Shown: positions 12,712-26,740 of the stretch, in pieces
Position numbering within the stretch: the first letter of the stretch is position 1
Layout: every line of letters starts with the position of its first letter
From: Eledone cirrhosa
Taxonomy: Eukaryota
NCBI GenBank assembly: GCA_964016885.1
Contig: OZ024741.1
Coordinates: forward strand, 234,174,001 to 234,238,000
Length of the DNA stretch: 64,000 nt
Direction: 5' to 3'
The notes under the pieces: model-generated
The model's database searches: none
Seen by the model: the letters and a program-made list of their open reading frames with translations, nothing else
What the model was told of the DNA's origin: nothing
Program-made: the position numbers and the translations under genes

Positions 12712-13994
12712 TAGGGGTGTGGACGATAATTGTTCGCAATTTTCAACTGCTAATTTTATGCAAATTTTTTTAACTTCCATTGTCACTCTTGTCTTCATAA
12801 AAACAGTGACTATATTTCCATTATTTATTTTCAGAATAATTGATTATGAATAATTTTGAACCTCCAAATTTGTGGAAGAGACATGGTGTTTTTGGAATCC
12901 GCCCCAGGAGGACAAATAAGGAAATTTCAGACTTTCTCAGCGTCAGCAGGAGAATCGTGGAAAAGGTCAGAAAGGAATTGGAAGATTCAGGATTCGACTA
13001 CGAAGCCACATCAGAGAGGAAAACACATGATCGACGATCTGACGCCTTCAGAACGCCCGAATTCGTCACTGAAGTTCAGGATATCATCAACAATGAACCT
13101 AGCAAGTCGATGCGTGCCATTGCAAGGGAGAAAGGCGTGGATGAAAAGCTCATTAGGCTGGTGGTACATGAAGACATTCGCTACGTTTCATACAAGATGA
13201 GGAAAGGACAATTTCTGTCAAAGGCGATGCAAGAAAAGCGACTGAAGCACGCAAAGAAGCTGATCAAGAAGTTGAAACACCCACTGGAGCCAGACATGCT
13301 GTGGTTTTGCTCCGACGAGAAAAACTTCTGCCAAGACCAGAAGATCAACTCCCAAAAGAACAGGTGGCCCGCTGTCTCATCCAAAGACATGCCCAGAGTC
13401 ATGCAGACAAAGTTTCCAGCGACAACATTGGTCTTAGGTGTCATCAGCAGTCAAGTTGATGTCATGCCACCTCACTTCTTCCCTGAGAGCCTCAAGCTGA
13501 ACACCGATGGCTACATACGCGTTCTGAGCGAGGTAGTAAAGCCCTGGATCCACCAGGTAGCTGCAGGTAGGCCATACGTGTGGCAGCAAGCGCCCTGCCC
13601 TACCAGCCGAAAGACCCAAGCCTGGCTGTAAGAGAACTTTGTCGACCACACTTCTTTTGACATCTGGCTTCCCAGCTCGCCTGACTGCAACCCCCTCGAC
13701 TTCTTTGTGTGGGGTGCAGTGGAACGAGACACCAACAGATCTAGCTGCAATACAAAAGACGATCTGAAGGCCAGGATCACAAGTCGGGGATGACAGTGAC
13801 GAAGGCCTGTAGCCGGATCCGAGGCCGCCTTGAGGTTGTCATCAAAGCCAATGGCGGGTTTATCGAGTGAGATCGAAAGAACAAGTCATGAAGACAAACT
13901 GACCCAAGTTTGATAAATATATCTTAAAAAATAAAACTACTGTGTTATTTTTTCCTAGACAGTAATCTTGCGAACAAATATCGTCCGCACCCAG
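12712..13994 (+). mobile_element. Tc1/mariner superfamily DNA transposon, DD37D (maT) type
   Basis: Imperfect TIRs GGGTGTGGACGATAATTGTTCGCAA / TTGCGAACAAATATCGTCCGCACCC in TA context, enclosing a transposase. Confidence 0.9.
12846..13870 (+). pseudogene. DD37D transposase pseudogene
   Basis: N-terminal HTH region, CSDEKNF (first Asp), WQQ--APC (second Asp deleted), stop at 13629-13631, then IWLPSSPDCNPLDFFVWG in the same frame. Confidence 0.88.
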
Positions 13995-14339
13995 TATATA
14001 CATACATATATATATATACTTATATATATACATATATACATATACATAAACATACATATATATATATATAAACATACATATATATATATAAACATACATA
14101 TATATATATAAACATACATATATATAAACATACATATATATATATATAAACATACATATATATAAACATACATTATATATAGATATAAACATACATTATA
14201 TATATATATATATATATATATAGATATAAACATACATTATATATATATATAAACTTACATTATATATATATATATACATATAAACATACATTATATATAT
14301 ATATATGTATATACATATATATATGTATACGTATATATA

Positions 14340-14395
<56 letters not shown>

Positions 14396-14397
14396 TG

Positions 14398-14472
<75 letters not shown>

Positions 14473-14537
14473 GTATGTATATATATGTATATTTATATAT
14501 GTATATATATATGTATATATATGTAAGTATATATATG

Positions 14538-14568
<31 letters not shown>

Positions 14569-14796
14569 GTATATATATAGACGTATATATATATATGTAT
14601 ATATATATACGTATATATATATGTATATATATATACGTATATATATATATATGTACATATGTATATGTATGTATATATGTGTATGTATATACATACATAA
14701 TATATACATAGATATATACATGTATATATATATATATATACATACATATATATATATATATACATACATAATATATACATATATATACATAGATAT

Positions 14797-14840
<44 letters not shown>

Positions 14841-15320
14841 GTTGGCTGCCAACTCGTTTTCGAGTACGGCCACTACTTTATATCCATGTAGGAGAACCCC
14901 TACCGATGCGTTGTGAGTACGGCCACTACTTTATATCCATGTAGGAGAACCCCTACCGATGCGTTGTGAGTACGGCCACTACTTTATATCCATGTAGGAG
15001 AACCCCTACCGATGCGTTGTGAGTACGGCCACTACTTTATATCCATGTAGGAGAACTACCGATGCGCTAAACGAGTGTGACTTTTCAGTCCAGCCAGCGA
15101 CTTGTAAACTCTGGTACAAACACTACACATGTGACAATTATTGACATATAGTGCTGGGCCCATGGTACCATGTGATGACAAGTGCAGAGAGATCTCCAGA
15201 TATAAAGCAATGCCTGTGCTGTGAAGCTTTTATAGTGAGCAAAGGCACTGCACAAAGCCAGTCCCACTCTCTTAACCAAGATGATATTTACCAAAAAGAA
15301 GAACAAGTCAACATCATTGG
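14841..15320 (-). mobile_element. RTE LINE 3' end / non-autonomous derivative, copy 1
   Basis: Minus reads [22 protein letters not shown] (C-terminal C2H2) then the 3' hairpin CTCGAAAACGAG. Paralogous to 19838-20160. Confidence 0.75.
14862..15067. repeat. 53-bp tandem repeat x ~3.9 in the RTE 3' UTR
   Basis: GAGTACGGCCACTACTTTATATCCATGTAGGAGAACCCCTACCGATGCGTTGT at 14862, 14915, 14968 and (partial) 15021. Confidence 0.95.
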
Positions 15321-15462
15321 AAGGGCAAAATATATTGCCATCTGCTAGCTAGCACAAGATTGAGTGAGGCCGAAAATTTGACCTGTACATGAACCAGTCC
15401 GTAGCAAAAGCGGAAGTAAACATAGACGTGTTGTCTACTACACTAATGTTATATATATATAT

Positions 15463-15662
15463 NNNNNNNNNNNNNNNNNNNNNNNNNNNNNNNNNNNNNN
15501 NNNNNNNNNNNNNNNNNNNNNNNNNNNNNNNNNNNNNNNNNNNNNNNNNNNNNNNNNNNNNNNNNNNNNNNNNNNNNNNNNNNNNNNNNNNNNNNNNNNN
15601 NNNNNNNNNNNNNNNNNNNNNNNNNNNNNNNNNNNNNNNNNNNNNNNNNNNNNNNNNNNNNN
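15463..15662. other. assembly gap (200 N)
   Basis: Run of N. Confidence 1.
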
Positions 15663-17583
15663 ATATTCTCTTTTACTCTTTTACCTGTTTCAGCCATCCG
15701 GCTGAGGCCATGCTGGGGCACCGCCCTTGCTGCTACACACTTTATCTCCAGCCTGTATAGGTTGGCCACTGGTGTAGGAGGGAGTTTGTTGCTGCTGCCC
15801 TTAGGTTTCCCTCATGTCTTGCTGTGGGCTCATCCGGGATCCTGGATAACAAGGTGTCGAGATGTTTCTTAAAGACATCCACCTCCACGTCATGCAAGTC
15901 TCGCAGATGCCTCGGCAGCCTGTTGAAGAGTTGAGGGCCCTTGAATCCCAGGCTATTGCAATACCTGCTCCTTATTCTAGATGTGGAAGACGGGACCTTT
16001 GGCACCACACAGTGACGTCCTGTTCGACGGTTGGTCCAGCTCCCAATGCCAAAGTTTGGTGCTAGTCCCTCCAGGATTTTCCACATGTAGATCACTGCGT
16101 ATCTCTCCCGTCTTCGCTCCAAGGAGTAGAGGTTCAGTTCCTTCAGCCTCTCCCAGTAGCTTGTCTCCCTCATCTTGGCAATCCTCTTGGTGTAGCTTCG
16201 CTGGATTGCCTCAAGCTCTGTGGTTAGTTTGACACTATGGGGTGACCACAGCTGGGAGCAGTAGTCCAGGCGGCTTAGGACAAAAGTCCTCCACAGTGTC
16301 AACATGGTGTCTCGATCTCTTGTAAGGAAAGTCCTCAAGATCCAGCCAGCGAATCGTCTACATGCTGTCGCCACCTTCATGATGTGTGAAGAAAAAGATG
16401 CATCATCGCTCATGTCTATGCCCAGGTCTCGTATCGATTTTGACACGGGGATATCGGTCCCTCCTGGTCCTGTGTAGCTGTGTTCCGCTATATTTGTGTT
16501 TGTGTTTGCAGGTTTGTATTGTAGGGCTTGGAATTTGCCAGCATTAAACTGCATGTTGTTTTCTTCCGCCCATCTGTATATGGCATCCAGATCCTGCTGT
16601 AAGAGGGCAGTGTCAGCCGGGTTTTTGATTGCCTGTGCTACCTTAGTGTCATCAGCATAGCTAGTGAGGGATGTTGTTGCATGCACCACAGAGGGCATGT
16701 CCGAGAGAGCCACCAAAAACAGTAGTGGTCCCAGGACTGTCCCCTGAGGCACCCCACTTGTTATCGGTGTTTCCCTCGAGAGAGCCCCATTTGCTGCGAC
16801 TGCCTGGCTTCTGTCCCTCAGGAAGCCATGCAGCCACTCACCTACTTTTCCAGTTATGCCGAGTCCGTGTAGTTTGTGACATATCATTCCGTGGTCGACC
16901 TTGTCAAAGGCCTTCGCAAAGTCAAGATATATCACGTCTACATGTGAGCTGTCTAGTAGCTGTCTCAGTACCCAGTCGTAGTGATGTAGCAGCTGTGTAA
17001 GGCAGCTTCTTCCTGGGCGGAAGCCATGTTGCGTGCTAGTCAGGCGGTCATTTTCTTCGAGGAAAGTGATTAGTTTCTTTCTGACGACTCGCTCCATGAC
17101 CTTACTGATATGCGACGTCAGGGAGACTGGCCTATAGTTCTTGGCCTCCGCTCTACTACCTCCTTTATGGATAGGGCATATTGTGCCTTCTTTCAGCTCC
17201 CTGGGTAGTACACCGCTAGCCAAGGAGCTTCTGAAGAGCATCTTCAGTGGAGTTGCTAAGGCCCGCTTACATATTTTTAGGAGAACTGCTGGGAATCCAT
17301 CAGGTCCAGCAGCCGAGTCTGTTCTAATTTCATCAATGGCGTACACCACATCCTCCTCCGTTATGTCTATGTGGTTGATGGTTGCCATTTCTTGATGTAG
17401 TGTTGTGGCATCAAAGAACTCCTCTGGCTTCGTTATTTGCATGTGCCTCAGTGGACATGTGAAGACACTTTTGTACTGTTCATTCAGTATTTCACATATC
17501 TCTTGGGGATTTTCGGTTAATGAACCGTCCGTGTGGAAGAGTGGTCCAATCTTGCAGTGTACTGAGGCAGTTTCTTTTGCAAA
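15663..17583 (-). mobile_element. 5'-truncated CR1/L2-group LINE with uninterrupted RT ORF (15742-17583, ~613 aa)
   Basis: [57 protein letters not shown]. 3' tail (GTAAAAGA)n. No endonuclease; the 5' end abuts (TA)n. Confidence 0.93.
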
Positions 17584-17584
17584 T

Positions 17585-17618
<34 letters not shown>

Positions 17619-17647
17619 ACATATATATAATATATACATATATATAC

Positions 17648-17678
<31 letters not shown>

Positions 17679-17867
17679 CATATATATACATATATATATA
17701 TACACACATATATACACATATATATACATATATATATATATACATATATATACACATATATATACATATATATATATATATACATATATATACACATATA
17801 TATACATATATATATATATATATACATATATATATACATATATATATATATATACATATATATATAC

Positions 17868-17902
<35 letters not shown>

Positions 17903-18110
17903 CATATATATAAATATACATATATATACATATACATATATATATATATACATATATATATATACATATATATATATATACATATATATACATATATATA
18001 TACATATATATATATATAAATTATTATACATATATACATATATATATATATTATACATATATACATATATATATATATGCATATATATATATATACATAT
18101 ATATATATAC

Positions 18111-18147
<37 letters not shown>

Positions 18148-18455
18148 CATATATACATATATATACATATATATATATATACATATATATACATATATAT
18201 ACATATATATATATGTATACATATATATAACATATATATATATATATACATATATATACATATACACATATATACATATATATATAATATATACATTTAT
18301 ATACATATACACATATATATACATATATATATATACATAATATATACATATACACATATACACATATATATCTATATATATACATATATATACATATATA
18401 AACATATATATACATATATATATACATATATACATACATATATACATATATATAC

Positions 18456-18486
<31 letters not shown>

Positions 18487-18743
18487 CATATATACATATA
18501 CATATATATATATACATATATATACATATACATATACATATATATATACATATATATATACATATATATATACATATATATATACATATATATATACATA
18601 TATATATATATACATATACATATATATATACATATATATATATACATATATTTATATACATATACATATATACATATATACATATATATATTCATATATA
18701 TATACATATATATATACATATATATATACATATATATATATAC

Positions 18744-18834
<91 letters not shown>

Positions 18835-18903
18835 CATATATACATATATATATACATACATATATATATACATACATATATATATACACATATATATATA
18901 TAC

Positions 18904-18934
<31 letters not shown>

Positions 18935-18968
18935 CATATATATATACATACATATATATATATAATAC

Positions 18969-19015
<47 letters not shown>

Positions 19016-19147
19016 CATATATATATACATACATATATATATACATACATATATATACATATAATATACATACATATATATATATATACATATATATATA
19101 TACATACATATATATATACATACATATATATATATATACATATATAT

Positions 19148-19180
<33 letters not shown>

Positions 19181-19396
19181 CATACATATATATATATATA
19201 TACATATATCCATATATATATACATATATATATACATATATATATATATACATATATATATACATATATATATATATACACATACATACATATATATACA
19301 TATATATATATTATACATAATAAATCTACCATACATATATATCTACATATATATATATATATATATTATATACATATATATATATATATATATATA

Positions 19397-19429
<33 letters not shown>

Positions 19430-19837
19430 CATATATATATATATACATATATATATACATATATATACATATATACATATATATACATATATATATATAT
19501 ACATATATATATACATATACATATACATATATACATATATATATATACATATATATATATACATATATATATATACATATACATATATATATATACATAT
19601 ATATATATACATATATATATACATATATATATATATATACCATATATATATACATATACATATACATATATACATATATATATACATATATATATATACA
19701 TATATATATATACATATATATATACATACATTTATATATATATACATATATATATATACATATATATATATACACATATATATATATACATATATATATA
19801 CATATATACATACATACATATATATATATACATATAT

Positions 19838-20286
19838 GGTGGCTGCCAACTCGTTTTCGAGTATGGCCACTACTTTATATCCATGTAGGAGAACTCCTAC
19901 CGATGCGCTGAACGAATGTGACTTTAGTCCAGCCAGCGACTTGAAAACTCTGGTACAAACACTACACTTGTGACAATTATTGACCCATAGTGCTAGGCCC
20001 ATGGTACCATGTGACGACAAGTGCAGAGAGATCTCCAGATATAAAGCAATGCCTGTGCCGTGAAGCTTTTATAGTGAGCAAAGGCACTGCACAAAGCAGT
20101 CCCACTCTCTTAACCAAGATGATATTTACCAAAAAGAAGAACAAGTCAACATCATTGGATACCATCAGAGTTGCAGGTGTTATATCAGAGTTTTCCTTCT
20201 CCTAGAATTCTGCCTTGACAAAGGCTAAGGGGTCATCTCTCCGGTGATTTTGGATGGCCATTGACTCTTAAGAGCTCCTTTGCCCT

Positions 20287-20287
<1 letters not shown>
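19838..20287 (-). mobile_element. RTE-derived non-autonomous element, copy 2
   Basis: Same C2H2 and hairpin 3' end as 14841-15320, fused to an RTE 5'UTR-like segment (CTAGGAGAAGGAAAAC). Flanked by (TA)n on both sides. Confidence 0.7.
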
Positions 20288-20318
<31 letters not shown>

Positions 20319-20325
20319 CATATAA

Positions 20326-20358
<33 letters not shown>

Positions 20359-20364
20359 TATACA

Positions 20365-20418
<54 letters not shown>

Positions 20419-20488
20419 ATATACATATATATATTATATATATACATATATATATATATAATACATATATATATACATATATATATAC

Positions 20489-20519
<31 letters not shown>

Positions 20520-20632
20520 CATTATATATAATATATATATACATATAATATATACATATATATATACATATATATATAATATATATATATATTATATAAT
20601 ATATATACATATATATATATATTATATACACA

Positions 20633-20668
<36 letters not shown>

Positions 20669-20703
20669 CACATATAATATATATACATATTATATATATA
20701 TAC

Positions 20704-20754
<51 letters not shown>

Positions 20755-20770
20755 CATTATATATATATAC

Positions 20771-20871
<101 letters not shown>

Positions 20872-20988
20872 TATATATATACATATATATATATATATAC
20901 ACATATATATATATACATATATATATATACATATATATATATACATATATATATATATACATATATATATATACATATATATATATAC

Positions 20989-21095
<107 letters not shown>

Positions 21096-21113
21096 CATAT
21101 ATATATAATATAC

Positions 21114-21160
<47 letters not shown>

Positions 21161-21392
21161 CATATATATATATATCATATATATATTATACATACATATA
21201 TATATACATACATATATATATACATACATATATATATATACATATATATATACATACATAATATATAATAAACATATATATATACATACATATATATATA
21301 TACCTACATATATATTATATATACCTACATAATATATATATATACATATATAATATATATATACATACATATATATATATACATACATATAT

Positions 21393-21424
<32 letters not shown>

Positions 21425-21449
21425 ATACATACATATAAATATATATACT

Positions 21450-21480
<31 letters not shown>

Positions 21481-21765
21481 ATATATACATGCATATAAAT
21501 ATATATATATACATACATATAAATATATATATACATACATATAAATATATATATATACATACATATAAATATATATATATACATACATATAAATATTATA
21601 TATACATAATACATATATACATACATATATATATATACATACATATATACATACATATATATATATACATACATAGTAAATATATATATATACATACATA
21701 TATACATACATATATATATATACATACATATAAATATATATATATACATACATATATACATATAA

Positions 21766-21828
<63 letters not shown>

Positions 21829-21859
21829 CATATATATATATACATATATATATATATAC

Positions 21860-21904
<45 letters not shown>

Positions 21905-21972
21905 CATATATATAATACATATACATATATATATATACATATATATATATACATATACATATATATATATAC

Positions 21973-22017
<45 letters not shown>

Positions 22018-22052
22018 CATATATATATATACATATACATATATATATATAC

Positions 22053-22097
<45 letters not shown>

Positions 22098-22098
22098 C

Positions 22099-22145
<47 letters not shown>

Positions 22146-22229
22146 CACATATATATATATATACATATATATATTATACATACATATACATATATATATA
22201 TACGTACTCCGTTGGATGTGTAATTGTAA

Positions 22230-22925
22230 TATACACGAACAGCAAAACAAATGAATTAAGTGACAAATTAGGAATAAGAGGGATCAGATGCTGTTTACTT
22301 GAGAGAAGATTACATTGGTATGGTCACGTAATGCACATGAAAGACGACAACTGTATAAAAAAGTGCAGGGCGATCAAAATTGATGGAAGTTACAGAGTAG
22401 GGGGACCCAGAAAACCTGGGACGACATGATAAATTGCGACCTTGCACACTTGCACCTCTCTAAGACAATGTCACGAGATCTTTGGCACCACACAGTAATA
22501 CAGAAGACTCGCGTTCCCTACGTGCAAAGTTAACCTACAGTCAGTTGACCCCTCCAAACCAAACATACACTCCAACCCACTAACCCTACTCCATCCTCCC
22601 ACTCCCGCCAACACCACCCTTTCTCTATAAAGTTATGTTAGTACCACAACATCCAGTCCAAACAATTGAGGTCGTGTAGGTGTCACAACAAAAAAAACAC
22701 AGTCCACACTGTAATGTGGCCATGTAGGTAACACGGTAAAAACCTCCCAGTCCACACTGTAAATGTGGTTGGTGTTAGGAAGGGCATCCAGCCATAGAAA
22801 ACCTGCCAGACAGTCCTATACGAGCGAGACACGGTCAGCGGACCAATCCGTGCCTCATGTGGGACAACTCCAGTCTAACCCATTCTAGCGTGGAAGATAG
22901 ACGTTAAACAATGATGATGATGATG
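22230..22925 (+). mobile_element. RTE 3' fragment plus RTE-tailed SINE end (related pieces at 25480-26020 and 62620-62800)
   Basis: [17 protein letters not shown], then GGTGTTAGGAAGGGCATCCAGCC..GACGTTAAACAATGATGATG. Confidence 0.65.
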
Positions 22926-23192
22926 ATATACATACACATATATATATTTACACAAACATATATATATATATATATACATATATTTATACATACAAATATA
23001 TATATATACATATACATATATACATATATATATATATACATATATTTATACATACAAATATATATATATACATATACATATATACATATGTGTGTGTGTG
23101 TGTGTATGTACACATGTGTATGTGTACTTCAATCTATCAAAATGTGTTCAAGATTAGGAATATATCTAAGTACACTTGTACATAGATGTCGA

Positions 23193-23258
<66 letters not shown>

Positions 23259-23338
23259 ATAACAATAAATCGATAAGAGTCTGCGAAAACAGCGTCTCAT
23301 GGACATATATGTTACGCATATATTTTATATTTCTTAAT

Positions 23339-23444
23339 GGTTTCTGATGAAATGGTTGAATTTAAATGTATTGTAAGTTGAATTATACTTCTCCAGTATT
23401 TAGCAATTTATAGACAATTCTACCATGGAAACGATTGTAAGACT
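23339..23444 (+). ncRNA. type-I hammerhead ribozyme motif with extended stem II loop, intact core
   Basis: GGTTT-CTGATGA-AATGGTTGAATT...AATTCTACCATG-GAAA-CGATTG-TA-AGACT. Confidence 0.65.
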
Positions 23445-23636
23445 ATAAATAAATACCCTTGTTTGTTTTGTTAACCATGTTATTCTTAACTTTTTTATAT
23501 ATATATATATTTATGTATACAAACGGGTATATATATTAGAGAGAACTCAGAAAAGAAAGTAATAAAGAAGGATGAGAAGGGTGGGGAAGAGTGTATAATT
23601 ATACTGGGTCTATATTGTGATCCCATGTCAGTGGAA

Positions 23637-25043
23637 TTAAGGGTGGACTGAAGCCCAAAAAACAGAATTCATTGGGGCGTATTCCTTGATATTTTTACAC
23701 AGTGTGGGCTTCATAAATACTTCATGTGTTCTTTTATGGCTCTCCAGGCTGCTCATTGTTGCACATTCCTTGTTGCACACATCGCACTGGAAGGACATGA
23801 GACCAGCATGCGTTGTCTGATGGATCTGTAATTCATCACGTTCACTGAACTGCAGCATGCACACTTCACACATAAACATTTTGTTTGCAACTGTGTGCAC
23901 ATGTTTCTTATGAGCCTGGAGTTGCACTTTGCGTGTGAACTGCTCAGTGCACATATCACAGCAGAAAGGTTTCTCCCCTGTGTGTGTCCTCATGTGGATC
24001 TGTAGCTTGTCTTTGCGTGCAAAGTCCTTTTGACACATGTCACACTGGAACGGCTTCTCACCAGTGTGAATTCTACGATGTATCTTTAAATAACATCTCT
24101 GGACAAACTGTTTAGGGCAGAGGTCACAGTGATATGGTTTCTCTCCCGTGTGGGTCCTACGATGGATTTTCAAACGATCACTTCGTGCAAACTTTTTCAA
24201 GCAGATCTCACACAAAAATGGCTTCTCTCCAGTGTGAGTCCGCTCATGGATCTGTAGTTTATCTTTGAGGACAAACTGTTTTGGACAGTAGTTGCAATGA
24301 TAAGGTCTCTCGCCTGTGTGCGAGCTCATATGAATTTTTAACTTGTCTTTCCGAGAAAACTGTTTTGGGCAGAACTCACAATGAAATGGCTTTTCACCTG
24401 TGTGAATTCTCTCGTGGATTTGTAATTTGTCTCGATGAACAAACTTCTTGCCACAGAATGTGCAATGAAACAGCTTTTCTCCTGTGTGCAACCTCTGATG
24501 CAACTGCAGTGCACTTCTTCTTGCAAAGCTCTTTTCACAATTGGAACAATGAAATGACTTAATTGGCGGGTCAGCTTTCTGGATGACTGGCATCGCTCGA
24601 TATTTGGGAAGACTGTTAACATCTTGCTGAATTTTGTCATTGGCAAGGAACTGTTTATCATGGCTCTGCTGCAGATAATTTGGGACTAGCTTCTGTGTGG
24701 GAGCCACATTGGAGGAAAGCATGCCATGGGGTTGTATGTAATAACTGGACAACTGGTTGTTAGAAATAGCTCCATAGAAATTTTTATCATTCAAAGTGGA
24801 TATTCGAGGAATAATCGAAGTGCTAGTTGTTGCCACTGATGTTGTAGCTGCTGCTGTAGTTGAAACAACAGCTGCTGCTGTTGCTGCAATAGGTGGTGTT
24901 GATATATTATTTGACTGAGATAATGCTGTGATTGCTGAAGGTAGTGACACTTGATGGCCAGCATATTGAAGTTTTCTGCTATATTCTATTGGTAGAGAGT
25001 TTTCTGCAGAATATTTCAAATGACGGTTTGGAGCAAAAGACAT
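23637..25043 (-). CDS. C2H2 zinc-finger transcription factor, 468 aa, 10 fingers, low-complexity Ala/Thr/Gln N-terminus
   Basis: Ten CxxC-x12-HxxxH-type fingers, the first eight joined by TGE(K/R)(P/L) linkers. No stops. Acceptor CAG|G immediately precedes the ATG (25047-25044). Confidence 0.93.
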   Translation of the reverse strand: MSFAPNRHLKYSAENSLPIEYSRKLQYAGHQVSLPSAITALSQSNNISTPPIAATAAAVVSTTAAATTSVATTSTSIIPRISTLNDKNFYGAISNNQLSSYYIQPHGMLSSNVAPTQKLVPNYLQQSHDKQFLANDKIQQDVNSLPKYRAMPVIQKADPPIKSFHCSNCEKSFARRSALQLHQRLHTGEKLFHCTFCGKKFVHRDKLQIHERIHTGEKPFHCEFCPKQFSRKDKLKIHMSSHTGERPYHCNYCPKQFVLKDKLQIHERTHTGEKPFLCEICLKKFARSDRLKIHRRTHTGEKPYHCDLCPKQFVQRCYLKIHRRIHTGEKPFQCDMCQKDFARKDKLQIHMRTHTGEKPFCCDMCTEQFTRKVQLQAHKKHVHTVANKMFMCEVCMLQFSERDELQIHQTTHAGLMSFQCDVCNKECATMSSLESHKRTHEVFMKPTLCKNIKEYAPMNSVFWASVHP

Positions 25044-25437
25044 CCTGTTTGAGTGTATGCGTGTGTGTATGAGACAAACAAACAGAGAGAAAGAGAGTAA
25101 GAATAGGGAGGTCTTGCTTTTCTTTAGTTAATGTCCTTTAAAAATGATTTGCTTCAATCAAAATTATTAAAATACATTGTTTTAATTCTATAGTCTAGTT
25201 TGATCTGGAAATAAAATAAAACACAAACTGTTTCTTCTGTTTTTCACTATATGAATATAATCTATGTTATGCATGTAAAACACAGGGCTGGCAGCTATGT
25301 GAGCTTGTGGGGCTGTCAACTGTGGTCTGCCGTGATGAAACCAGAGACTGACACATCCGTCCAACTCTCATTCACAATACATCTGAAAAAGATGAAGGGG
25401 AGGAAATATATAAATAAATAAACATATTTATATATGC

Positions 25438-25473
<36 letters not shown>

Positions 25474-26017
25474 AAAAGTGCAAGGCGATGAAAATTGATG
25501 GAAGTGACGGAGTAGGTAGACCTGGGATGAGCTGGTAAAAGCTGACCTTGCACACTTGAACCTCTCTAAAACAATGGTACAGGATTGAGATCTTTGGCTC
25601 TATGCAGTAATACAGAAGGCCCGCCTTATAGGCACCTCTTAATCCAATATACACCCTACACCTCCACACGCCATCCTTACTCTGTAAAGCTATGTTGGTA
25701 CCACAAACATCCAGCCGACACTGTAAAGTAGTAGTGTAGGAGACACAGTAAAAAGCCTTTCATTATACAGAAATCAATAAAATAAAGTACCGGTCAAGTA
25801 CTAGGATCAATGAAATTGACTGTTCCCTTGCCAGCCCTAACATTTCTGGCTTTGTGCCTAATTTAGAAATCCTTATGATTATCTCTACATACAGCCAAAT
25901 TTACAAACCTCGTCGGAGCAAGGTGAGGCATGGCCAGACTTGCCTGCTGGCATGGATGACTAGTCTAACCCTTGAAAACATGGAAAAATGGATGCTAAAC
26001 GGTAATAATGATGATGA

Positions 26018-26075
<58 letters not shown>

Positions 26076-26099
26076 ATATATAGACAGAATGACAAGACG

Positions 26100-26740
26100 A
26101 AGTAACGAGTACAAAATCAAACAGTAGAGACACGGAGGGCCGAAATCTTTTACTAAGAAGGTCACAGAATGTGTGGCAAAAGAGATTTAGCAATGAAATA
26201 ACCTTTCGGTTATTAAACTTTGTTGTTTGGGTGAAGCAACTGGTTACTGTATATATATTAAATAATATTTACAATTAGAAATAATAATATTTAAACGAAA
26301 CAAAAAAAGGATAGGGAAAGAAGAAAACGAAAGAGAATTAACCAACAAAGGAAAAGGTGGGGGAGGGACAGACTCTACACCCCAGTCTGAGCGGTGATTC
26401 GGCCGTGCCCTGCAGTCAGAATGATAATGGCAAGCGACACCCATTGCAACAGCCATCCTGATTCATGGGGACCTTTCCTCGGGCAGGCTGTTTGCTGTTT
26501 TTTCGATTTAGCCGAAGAGATCGGTACTTCAGGTGTCCTTTTTATCGACCCTGTAAGGATGAAAGGCAAAGTTAACCTCGGCGGGATTTGAACTCAGATC
26601 GTAAAGGGACGTAACTATGCTGGACAGTATGGCGTCCGACTCTTTACCTATACTGCCAATTCACGACTAATAATAAAACCGCAGTGAAACTCGCTGGTGC
26701 GTGTGATTTTAATAGTAGCATGACCCTCCCAAAGTTTCAT
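26100..26740 (+). mobile_element. solo PLE pseudo-LTR-like fragment (decayed hammerhead at 26150-26192), interrupted by a SINE
   Basis: Shares GTCACAGAATGTGTG and GTGAAA..GGTGCGTGTG..ACCCTCCCAAAGT with 56420-56620. The tail is related to the PLE end at 47942-48190. Confidence 0.55.
26525..26662 (-). mobile_element. SINE family A copy
   Basis: Reverse complement of the core and head. Confidence 0.85.

Noticed and set aside
14862-15067. Regular repeat resembling a CRISPR array
   Set aside because: Units are contiguous with no unique spacers, there are no cas genes, and the context is a eukaryotic LINE 3' UTR.
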